This document shows positions 27,001-35,154 of a stretch of 64,000 bases of DNA, one piece after another. This stretch comes from an uncultured Solirubrobacterales bacterium. GTDB lineage: Bacteria > Actinomycetota > Thermoleophilia > Solirubrobacterales > Solirubrobacteraceae. The DNA lies in NCBI GenBank assembly GCA_963818675.1, contig CAWFTE010000002.1:1518361-1582360 (forward strand). Direction: 5' to 3'. How positions within the stretch are numbered: the stretch's first letter is position 1; each line of letters opens with the position of its first letter. Below the pieces are notes generated by a model. That model ran no database searches, was not told the origin of the DNA, and worked only from the letters and a program-made list of their open reading frames with translations. A program made the position numbers and the translations under genes.

Positions 27001-30000
27001 GTCTCGTGGTAGGCCTGCCCGGCCAGGAACTGCCTCCACGTCGCTCGTGAGAGGTTTGTGCGCACGATCTGACAAAGCTGACGAGTAACGGCGCCCGGAC
27101 TCTCACTGTCCGGCACCGGCGAGAGTCTAACCGTTCCATCCAGGCTTGCCGACGCGAGCGCCGAGCCCGATGGGCTGAAGGCAACGCTCTGGACGCCCTG
27201 CGTATGGCTGGCCACCGGCTCGCCGATCCCGGAGGTCAGGTCCCAGGTCATAGCGGTTCCGTCACCCTGGGCCGAGGCGATGCCGGTTCCAGTCGGACTG
27301 TACGCGAGGCCGTAGATCGTGCTCTGCGTGCCCACCAGCGACCTGCTCAGCCGCTGACCGCTGCCCACGTCCCACAAGGTGATGCTGCGGTCATCGCCGG
27401 CAGAGGCGATGGTGTCGCCGTTGGGGGAGAAGGCGACGCCCTCGACGGGACTCGGGTCCGCACTCAGCGTGCGGATCCTCCGACCGCTGAACGCGTTCCA
27501 GAGAATCACCGTGCCATCGCTGCTGGCCGAGGCAAGTAACCCGGGCCTCGGAGCGAACGCGACGGCGTTGACTGCGTCGGTGTGCCGGGCCAGCGCCCAC
27601 AGCGGCTTTCCGCTCGGGAGCCGCCATACCCTGACGTAGTGGTCGGAGCCGGCCGTAGCCAAGAGCCTGCCGTCGGGGCTGAAAGCCACTCCGTACACAT
27701 AACCCGATCCAGCGGGAAGCACGTTCAATCGCTGCCCACTCTCGAGGTCGGTCAGCTCTACCGCCGCCCCCGCCGCGACGGCCACGATGCGGCGCGTAGG
27801 GTCGAAGGCGACAGCCTGGCCCGAGGTTGGCAGTGCGATCGGACGCTGCGCGAACGCCCCCGTTCGGGGATCGAGGAGCAGGGCGCGATCGTCGTCGCTC
27901 GCCGCCGCCAGCACATTCCCGGCCGGGTTGAAGGCGACGCCCGCAATTGCCGGGGCCTGCGCGAGCAGGGGGCGCCTGACGTTCCACAGGATCACCGAGC
28001 CGTCGTCGATGCCGGAGGCGAGCGCCGTTCCCGACCGGTTGAAGCCGACGCTCAGAATGGCGCCATTCGGATCTCGGAACACGCTCTCCTGCCGGAGCGT
28101 CTTCAGTCCCCACACGATCACGTCGTGGTCATCGCTCCCCGACGCGAGGCTCTGGCCATCCGGGCTGAACGCCACGCTCTCGACGACATCGCTGTGTCCG
28201 CTCAGCGTCGCGAGCAGCTGGCCGGTCGCGACGCTCCACAGCTTCACCTTGTGATCGGCCCCCGCTGAAGCAAGCATTGCCCCGTCCCGTGAGAACGCGA
28301 CGCCATTCACCGTGGCGCTGTGGCCGCGCAGGACATGCAGCCTGCGGCCGTCGGCGGCGTCCCAGAGGCTCACGGTGTGATCGTCGCTTCCTCCCGCCAC
28401 GATCCGAGAATCACGGCCGAAGGCGACGCTGTACACCGGTCCGCTGGGCCCCCGCAGCGTCCGGAGGTGAGCTCCGGTGAGTGCATCCCAGATCGCCACC
28501 GTGCCATCGTCGGCGGCCGATGCAAGGAGCTTCGAGTTCGGGCTGAACGCGACGTTCTCCACCGTCGCCGGCCACGGGATCGTGCGGATGGCGCGGCCAG
28601 TCCGTGCGTTCCAGATCGTCACGGCCCCGCCGGTTGCGCGCTGGCTAGCGGCCGCGAGCATGGACCCGTCCTGAGAGAAGGCAACCCCGGATACCTGGTC
28701 GCCGGCGGGAAGGCGATGAACGATACGGCTGGTCGCGACGCTCGAGACGATGACCGTCCCGTCGCCGCTGCCCGAGGCGACCACGGTTCCAGCCGGATTG
28801 AAAGCCACTCCGGTTACAGGCGCCGTGTGACCGCGGATGTACGCGCCCATGCCGCGCGTGGCCAGCAACGCCGCCGTAATGCTGCCTCTAGTGTCGGCGT
28901 TCTGCGCCAGCCGAAGCGCCTCGATGCTCAGGAGCACACCTCTCGAGAGTGAGCCCACCTGTAGGTCGGTCGCGGCTTGGCGCGTCAGCTCTTCCGCGAG
29001 CGCCGTCCGCTGGGCGCGGCGCGCATCATTGAGCGAGGTGATTACCAGCCACACGATCACCACCGCGAGCAGAACACTCAAGAGCGCCGCCAAGCCCCTG
29101 AAGGTTCGCGCGCGCCGCCGCTCGCGCCGTGCTGTCTCGACCGCCTCCCGCTTCTCTGTCTCGAGGCGCTCGCGTTCGCGGATCGACTGCGCTTGCTCGC
29201 GCAGCGCCTGAGTCCGCCGGCGCCAGTCGAGGATGGAGGGCGCGAGCACGTCGTGGAAGATCTCGTAACGGTCGTCGGGCTGAGTCCTCCCGGCAGGGGG
29301 CGGAACGTGACGTAGGATCCTGGTATCGCTTCCCGCCAGTCTCGCCAGCACAGTCGCCACCTCGTCTGCCGGCCGTTCGGTGAGCTGGGCGAGATCGGAA
29401 GCCGCATGCACGATCTTGGTCCCCGACGGCGTAACCAGATAGCGAAACACGTCGAGCGCTACTCCCTGCTGCTCGTCGGGCAGGCTGGCCAGTGCGCCAT
29501 CGAGGTGGGTGCGGACGATCTCGTCCGCACCACCCAGCTCCTGGAGGCTCGTTAGGCGCAGGGTGCTCGAGCTGTTCGCGCGCTCGTGAGCCCACAGGGT
29601 CGACATCACGAGCTGCAGGTACGGCGTTTCGATCTCCTCGCGCTGCGGCGACGCTCCGTTCCCGCTCTCGACCGCGCCGCGCCCTGCGCTTGCGAGGACC
29701 ACCTCGCCGGTCCTTACCTGGTCCAGTACCGCCTCGACGAGCTGAGGTTCGATGCCGACGGGAGGATTGGGCGCGTACCTGTCGTTGAAGTGCTCGATTG
29801 GCTTGACAATGGTCTCCCGGGCCGCGCTCCGGTCGAGGTACTGGAGCTCGATGTAGTTCCCGTAGACGTTCGGCAGCCGTCCGGCGAACAGGTCGCCCAG
29901 TCCGGCGTACGCATCCTCACGGATCGCGATCAGGAAGTTGGCCCGGATATCGGGCCGGTTGATGCATTCGGCAAGCTCGTCCGCGAAACGCCCCTCCACC

Positions 30001-30500
30001 GATTCGCTGGTTCGGTACAGGAAGTACTCCTCGAACTGGTCCAAGACGACCAGAAGCCTCGCGCCAGACGCCGCCGTGGCTGACTCAATCGCGTCCGTGA
30101 GGCTCTGCCGGGGGAGCTCCGTGTCGGACGCAGTAGGAGCCAGCCGCTGCAGTGACTGCTCGATCGCGGCGATCAGGTCCGCCACCGGATCATCCTTCCA
30201 CGCGCTCATCACCACGGGCAGGTAGCCCGGCGTGCCTCGGCGCGCGAGCCGGTGCGCTGCCAGCTCACGTAGCTGCCGACTCACGCCCGCGCGCAGCAGC
30301 GAGCTCTTGCCGACGCCGCTCTCGGCGTACAGGATGGTCAGCCGGGACGCGCGCAGGTTGGCGATGATCGTGTGCGTCTCGCTATCGCGGCCGAAGAACC
30401 ACTCGGCGTCAGCCTCGGTGAAGAAGCTCAGGCCGACGTAGGGGCTCGCCTCGGCGGCCGTGGGCGCGGCCGCCCCGTCGGGTGGCGGGCTAGGCGCCAC
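26979..30500 (-). CDS. STAND-class P-loop NTPase (nSTAND1-like) - Arg-rich coiled coil - single predicted TM helix - 14 WD40 repeats (1173 aa)
   Basis: N-terminal PYVGLSFFTEADAEWFFGRD, Walker A AESGVGKSS, Walker B LLVVLDQFEEYF, hydrophobic helix GLAALLSVLLAVVIVWLVITSL, and 14 repeats of the type GH...V..VAFSPDG..LAS.S.D.TV.LW. GTG start overlaps the upstream stop. Confidence 0.9.
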   Translation of the reverse strand: MAPSPPPDGAAAPTAAEASPYVGLSFFTEADAEWFFGRDSETHTIIANLRASRLTILYAESGVGKSSLLRAGVSRQLRELAAHRLARRGTPGYLPVVMSAWKDDPVADLIAAIEQSLQRLAPTASDTELPRQSLTDAIESATAASGARLLVVLDQFEEYFLYRTSESVEGRFADELAECINRPDIRANFLIAIREDAYAGLGDLFAGRLPNVYGNYIELQYLDRSAARETIVKPIEHFNDRYAPNPPVGIEPQLVEAVLDQVRTGEVVLASAGRGAVESGNGASPQREEIETPYLQLVMSTLWAHERANSSSTLRLTSLQELGGADEIVRTHLDGALASLPDEQQGVALDVFRYLVTPSGTKIVHAASDLAQLTERPADEVATVLARLAGSDTRILRHVPPPAGRTQPDDRYEIFHDVLAPSILDWRRRTQALREQAQSIRERERLETEKREAVETARRERRRARTFRGLAALLSVLLAVVIVWLVITSLNDARRAQRTALAEELTRQAATDLQVGSLSRGVLLSIEALRLAQNADTRGSITAALLATRGMGAYIRGHTAPVTGVAFNPAGTVVASGSGDGTVIVSSVATSRIVHRLPAGDQVSGVAFSQDGSMLAAASQRATGGAVTIWNARTGRAIRTIPWPATVENVAFSPNSKLLASAADDGTVAIWDALTGAHLRTLRGPSGPVYSVAFGRDSRIVAGGSDDHTVSLWDAADGRRLHVLRGHSATVNGVAFSRDGAMLASAGADHKVKLWSVATGQLLATLSGHSDVVESVAFSPDGQSLASGSDDHDVIVWGLKTLRQESVFRDPNGAILSVGFNRSGTALASGIDDGSVILWNVRRPLLAQAPAIAGVAFNPAGNVLAAASDDDRALLLDPRTGAFAQRPIALPTSGQAVAFDPTRRIVAVAAGAAVELTDLESGQRLNVLPAGSGYVYGVAFSPDGRLLATAGSDHYVRVWRLPSGKPLWALARHTDAVNAVAFAPRPGLLASASSDGTVILWNAFSGRRIRTLSADPSPVEGVAFSPNGDTIASAGDDRSITLWDVGSGQRLSRSLVGTQSTIYGLAYSPTGTGIASAQGDGTAMTWDLTSGIGEPVASHTQGVQSVAFSPSGSALASASLDGTVRLSPVPDSESPGAVTRQLCQIVRTNLSRATWRQFLAGQAYHETCPGWGS

Positions 30501-32115
30501 GCGCGCGCCACCGGGTCAGCCGCCCCTCGAGTTCACCCACGTAGTCGTCGAGTGGAGCGGCGAGCAGATCGACATGTAGCGCGCTCCAAAAGTCCTTCTC
30601 CAGAGGATCCGGTGAGCGCTCGATCGCCCACGACTTGTCCTCCAGCGGCCCGCCCTGCCAGATCCTCTTCAAGAACACCCGGAGGCTCCAGTCGCGCATG
30701 GCATACCCGAGGAACAGGCAGTGGCTGCTGGTGAGCTTGTTCAGGATCTGCAGGGGCACGACGCTGCTGATCTGGTCGGTGACCAGATAGTCGATGTACT
30801 GGTCCTCGGTCAGCACATAGCTTCGGTCCCAGCGGAACGTGCCCTCGGCGCCGACCGCCGCGCCCAGCGTCTTGACGATGACGGTCCGCTCCAGCTCATC
30901 CCACGGATCGATCGGGAAGTCTCGATACTTGCTCGGCTCCCTGATCAGCCGCGGCTCCTCGCGCCAGGGGACGTGGACGAAGTGGCCCTTGTCGCGGCCG
31001 GTGCCGAGGAAGACGGCCAGGTCGTACTCCTCACCCGCGTCGTCGAACGCGCGCTCGAGCGCCGTGTCGTAATTGGTGGTCACGATCATCTGGTATCGCG
31101 GGGGCTCGCCGAGCTCTGCGAGCTGCTTCGGGAAGTGGGCCAGGAACCTGTGAACGGGACGGGGCTCCTGCCGAAGCCGCAGGGCCTCGTTCATCGCCCG
31201 GTAAAGGAACGAAGGTCCCTTCGCGACGGCCACATGCTGAGCGACCTCGGCCAGGTCGAGGGACTGGAGCTCGAGCTTGAACTCGCTCGCGAGATGCTCG
31301 GCCAGCCGCTCGGCGTCGGGCAGCGTTCCGCAAACCTGAGATCCGAGCACCGGGACGACGGTGCCCTCGTCGACCATCGCTTCCAGCACGGTGTCGTAAT
31401 GGGCATCGTCCGGTCCCCCCGCCGTGGGGACGCGAACGCTCCGGCCGGTGGACGTGCGAGCGGGTTCGGACGGCTCGGCGGATGAGCTCTCCGCGTCGCT
31501 CGCCCCCGCGGCGCTCGGCTTCGCCTCCAGCTCCTCGAGCTGAGCGATCAGCCCCGCGACGTCCTGATCGAATGAGCCATGCCGCAGCTCGACGGCTTCC
31601 CAGCGGGTGAGGGCGCGGATCGGCTTAGGCAGGCTGGTCTCGCTCGGCATCTCGGCGCCCTCGACGAGAACCGGGATGACGGTGCCCGACCAACGGCGAA
31701 GCGCCAGCTCGAGCTCCACCATCACGACGTCCTCCGGTTCGCCCGCGGGTCGATGCTGTCTCGCCTTGAGGCTGTCCAACCAGTGACGGCCGATCACCGC
31801 AAGAACGACCAAGCCACCTGCGCCGTGTCGCTTGATCTCCTCGAACCACTGCGTCCCCGCCTTGAGCGTCTTGACGTCGAGGAACACGTTGTCGGTCCCG
31901 AACCTCCGCTCGAGCCTGTCGTATAGGAGCAGCGCCGACGAGCTGCTGTCCTCATGCCTGTAGCTGATGAATATCTTCAAGGCGCCGTCGACCGAACCTC
32001 GATGGCCGGTCCTCTCCGCTGAAGTCCCCGCATCTGCCCAGAGCCCCCGCGCAATGTTAGCCCGGCTGCGTCCAGCTCTCAAGGTGCGATCACGGATCCG
32101 CGCCTCCTCACCCAT
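30490..32115 (-). CDS. TIR domain - SIR2-like (SIR2_2-type) domain fusion protein
   Basis: TIR features: KIFISYRHEDS, ...DVVMVELELAL...VIPVLVEGAEMP. SIR2-like features: GTVVPVLGSQV, QMIVTTNYDTALERAF, YVLTEDQYIDYL, CLFLGYAMRDWSLRVF. The start is uncertain (ATG 32115, ATG 32163, or closer to 31990). Confidence 0.8.
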   Translation of the reverse strand: MGEEARIRDRTLRAGRSRANIARGLWADAGTSAERTGHRGSVDGALKIFISYRHEDSSSSALLLYDRLERRFGTDNVFLDVKTLKAGTQWFEEIKRHGAGGLVVLAVIGRHWLDSLKARQHRPAGEPEDVVMVELELALRRWSGTVIPVLVEGAEMPSETSLPKPIRALTRWEAVELRHGSFDQDVAGLIAQLEELEAKPSAAGASDAESSSAEPSEPARTSTGRSVRVPTAGGPDDAHYDTVLEAMVDEGTVVPVLGSQVCGTLPDAERLAEHLASEFKLELQSLDLAEVAQHVAVAKGPSFLYRAMNEALRLRQEPRPVHRFLAHFPKQLAELGEPPRYQMIVTTNYDTALERAFDDAGEEYDLAVFLGTGRDKGHFVHVPWREEPRLIREPSKYRDFPIDPWDELERTVIVKTLGAAVGAEGTFRWDRSYVLTEDQYIDYLVTDQISSVVPLQILNKLTSSHCLFLGYAMRDWSLRVFLKRIWQGGPLEDKSWAIERSPDPLEKDFWSALHVDLLAAPLDDYVGELEGRLTRWRARGA

Positions 32116-32161
32116 CCCTGGGCTGTGAGTCCGCGACGGTCGCAGGGGGTAGGCTATTCGC

Positions 32162-32452
32162 ATGGGCCTGATCCTCTACTTGATCATTCTCTTCTTCGTC
32201 GGTCTATTCGTCGGTGCGCTGGCCCGGCTGTTGCTACCTGGCCCAGATCCGATGAGTATCGGCATGACCGCGCTGGTCGGGATCTGCGGGACTTTCAGCG
32301 CCGGCCTGTTCTCCTGGTATGTGTTGCATCGCCACGGCGCGGGGCTCGTCCTGTCTGTCGTGTTCTCGATGCTGGTGGTGTGGATCTACCGGCATTCGCG
32401 CGGTGGGACCTACGGACGCCAGGGCTTCGCGGGACGCCGCCGGGGGTTCTGA
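32162..32452 (+). CDS. GlsB/YeaQ/YmgE-family small membrane stress protein
   Basis: 96 aa with three hydrophobic helices: MGLILYLIILFFVGLFVGALARLLLPG...GMTALVGICGTFSAG. Confidence 0.8.
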   Translation: MGLILYLIILFFVGLFVGALARLLLPGPDPMSIGMTALVGICGTFSAGLFSWYVLHRHGAGLVLSVVFSMLVVWIYRHSRGGTYGRQGFAGRRRGF

Positions 32453-32493
32453 GCCAACCCACCGGCGCGCACGCCCGCCGTGGTACTCCAGCC

Positions 32494-32709
32494 ATGAGCG
32501 AATACGAAGTCACGATCGCGGAGTCCGTGGCGCCGGACGCTGACGAGCGGGCGTCCTCGCCCATGGTTAGGACCGTGGACTGGAGGGGCGAGGCAGAGTC
32601 CGAGGACGCGGCGCGCGCGGCGGCCTGGCAGGCGTGGGACGAGCAGTACGGGTCCCAACGGGAGCGACCCGATCACGCCGAGATCCGTGTGACCAAGATC
32701 GACGAATAG
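32494..32709 (+). CDS. Hypothetical small acidic protein (71 aa)
   Basis: ATG-initiated ORF (MSEYEVTIAESVAPD...). Weak RBS and no recognised family. Confidence 0.35.
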   Translation: MSEYEVTIAESVAPDADERASSPMVRTVDWRGEAESEDAARAAAWQAWDEQYGSQRERPDHAEIRVTKIDE

Positions 32710-32771
32710 CCCGCCCAGCCTCGAGTCTCAAGACGCTGGGGACCGCCAGATGACCTATCCCAGGCGGTCGA

Positions 32772-34562
32772 TCACCTGATTGCGCATTTGAACTGCGGCA
32801 GCGCCGACTCCCGTGGCAGCGTCACGTCGAAGCGCACAAATCCCGCAATGCGCCCGTTGACGTCCCACACCCCGTCGTAGGTGCCCTTTCCCGCGTTGAC
32901 GACACAGTTGAGATCGGAGATCTGCTGGCCCGCCGACGGCGCGGGCAGGACAGGCGTCACGCACCGCAACCGGCCGGTCGGCGTCCCGACACAGAAGGTG
33001 TAGTGGGTTGCTGGGGTGTGCAGGCCCAGATGAAACACGAAGAAAAACGGATTCCGCTGAGTCACCACCGCGACGCAGGTGGACGGTCGCGATGAAGTGT
33101 CCGAGCACTGGTAAGTGGCGCTGGTATCCGGGACGAGGCCGAATTCCTCGAACGCGTCCGCCACGACGACTCTGCCGGACGTGTCCTGGGTGAAAGTGCC
33201 GTCGCAGCGGTCGAACATGACCGCGCTCGACGACGCTGAGACGCCTTTTTCCACCGCGAATCGGCCCGCCACGACAAAGGCATTGCTCGCCTGCTTGGCA
33301 CTGAGACCCCGGACGATGCGGAACTGCCCCGCTTTACACGTCCGGAAGTCTCCGCCGGTCATCCGCAGGTACGTGGTGCCGTTCTGGCCTGTGGGTTGTG
33401 TGACGGCGACCTCGGAGCCGAAGAACGACCCGATCTGCACGAGGTCGGCGCGGCTCATGCTGTTGACTTCCGCCGCGCCTTGGCGCAGATCGAGGAGCGT
33501 ATCCAGCGGCACGCGCAGCGATCCACGTACGCGATGGCGAAGTTGCCCGGGGGGCGCCACAAACACCTTGCCCGACCCGACCTCGAGCCCCACCTCCTTG
33601 CCGAAGTTGCCGGTTGGGAAGTCGTGGCATTGCCACGGCACAGCACGCCGGGCGGCCGCGATCGAGAGGGGTATGCCGACAGGTCGCCCGTCGATCGTCC
33701 AGCGCGCCACGTATGCGCCGGCGCCCTGATCGGCAGGACATAGGGCCACGGATACCTGTGCGTTGAGGAAGTCGTCGTGCCGCAGGGGGAGCGAGTGGCA
33801 GCCGTCGGCGCCCTTGGGACCGGACAGGCAGAGGCGATACCGGCTGGCCGGCTCGCGCACCACGAGGCCGAAGCCGAAGCCGGACCGCCGGAATGAGAGG
33901 GCGTTGATGCAGCGCTTGAAGTGCGTTCTGTCGGGGGCGAGCCCGGTGCAGTAACCAACGCCGGTGACGCCAGGCGCCAAGCCCGAGCTCCGACCGCCGA
34001 GGTCCGTCTCGACGGCTCCGGATAGATCGGCTATGTGCGTGCCGCCGCAATCATCTGTGGTCGTCCAATCGGCACGGTTGGCCGCGGTCGCGGTGCCGAA
34101 CCGTCCCGAGGTTTCGAAGTCTCCATCAGCCGCGGCATAGATACGGTGCTTGCGGGACCTTCTGATCTTGGCTATCGACGCCTGGCCACAGGCCAGGGGC
34201 TGCGCAAACTGGAACTTCGTCAGTCCGCCTTCGGAGGAGCTTTGAAGGACACGGACCTGGTCGCCGCTGAACTGCCCAGAATGCGTCCTCCCGGCTGAGC
34301 TGCCGGCTGCGATGAGGGCGAACTGTCCGTTCGAGGAATCAATGAGCGTGCCCACCGGTACCTGCCGTGCGCCTCGGAGCGCGGTCGCGCGCTGGCCCGG
34401 CTCCTGGATTAGCACCCGTCCGTGGACGAGCCGCAGGTCGACGTTGCGGCCGAGCACCGGCGCTGGTGGACCGGTGGCGGCCGACGCCACCGCGACGGCG
34501 CTCAGGCCGAGCACGCTGGTCAGGGCAGCGATCCACCGCAGGACAAATCGAGGCCGCTTCAT
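32772..34562 (-). CDS. Secreted 596-aa paralog of 24172-25956
   Basis: Signal peptide MKRPRFVLRWIAALTSVLGLSAVAVASA. Colinear similarity to the 594-aa protein, including both ...G.G.Y...W.(V/I).G... modules. Confidence 0.8.
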   Translation of the reverse strand: MKRPRFVLRWIAALTSVLGLSAVAVASAATGPPAPVLGRNVDLRLVHGRVLIQEPGQRATALRGARQVPVGTLIDSSNGQFALIAAGSSAGRTHSGQFSGDQVRVLQSSSEGGLTKFQFAQPLACGQASIAKIRRSRKHRIYAAADGDFETSGRFGTATAANRADWTTTDDCGGTHIADLSGAVETDLGGRSSGLAPGVTGVGYCTGLAPDRTHFKRCINALSFRRSGFGFGLVVREPASRYRLCLSGPKGADGCHSLPLRHDDFLNAQVSVALCPADQGAGAYVARWTIDGRPVGIPLSIAAARRAVPWQCHDFPTGNFGKEVGLEVGSGKVFVAPPGQLRHRVRGSLRVPLDTLLDLRQGAAEVNSMSRADLVQIGSFFGSEVAVTQPTGQNGTTYLRMTGGDFRTCKAGQFRIVRGLSAKQASNAFVVAGRFAVEKGVSASSSAVMFDRCDGTFTQDTSGRVVVADAFEEFGLVPDTSATYQCSDTSSRPSTCVAVVTQRNPFFFVFHLGLHTPATHYTFCVGTPTGRLRCVTPVLPAPSAGQQISDLNCVVNAGKGTYDGVWDVNGRIAGFVRFDVTLPRESALPQFKCAIR

Positions 34563-34702
34563 CGCTCGAGGCCCCGGGTCCTCTCAGGTGAGACGCGCAG
34601 GTGGCGCTTGGGCGTCGTCGTGATGGACCGAGTATGCCCCGCCGTCTTTGACCCGAATCGCCAGCCGCAGGGCGTTCAGACGCGCACGGAGAGTAGTAAC
34701 TG

Positions 34703-35140
34703 TCAGTTGCGGTAGCGTCGCCAGATCGCGGCGCTCAGCCGCTCGGCCTCAGAGTCGTGGGTGCGCTGGAGGTTGCGACCGCCCCTGGCGAACGTCCGGG
34801 CCACCGCGGGTGGCACCTCGCCTTCATCGACCGCGCGTTCGAGCCACGCCGTCACTCGCACGTGGGTGAGCCCGACTGCGCCCGCGGCGTCTGAGTCGTC
34901 TTCGCGCAGGGGCCCCAGGATGCGACCCAGGTGGTAGCCGCCGGCCCGATCGCGCGTCCACACGAACGCCCCCTCGGGCAGGGTGGCGAAGCGGTGGAGC
35001 ATGCGCGCCGCGCGATCGCCGCGTCCAGGTCCGATCCCGACGAGACCGTGCGCGATGCCATACTCGGCGCCCGCGCCGGCCGGCTGATCGAGATCCCGCG
35101 CGCGCATCGGCGCGCGGTAGATCGGAATCGGCTTCGCCAT
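34703..35140 (-). CDS. Hypothetical cytoplasmic protein (145 aa)
   Basis: ORF 14 nt downstream of the SARP gene stop. Conserved-looking core FVWTRDRAGGYHLGRILGP...THVRVTAWL...FARGGRNLQRTHD. I could not assign a family. Confidence 0.6.
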   Translation of the reverse strand: MAKPIPIYRAPMRARDLDQPAGAGAEYGIAHGLVGIGPGRGDRAARMLHRFATLPEGAFVWTRDRAGGYHLGRILGPLREDDSDAAGAVGLTHVRVTAWLERAVDEGEVPPAVARTFARGGRNLQRTHDSEAERLSAAIWRRYRN

Positions 35141-35154
35141 GAGTCAGTCCTATC

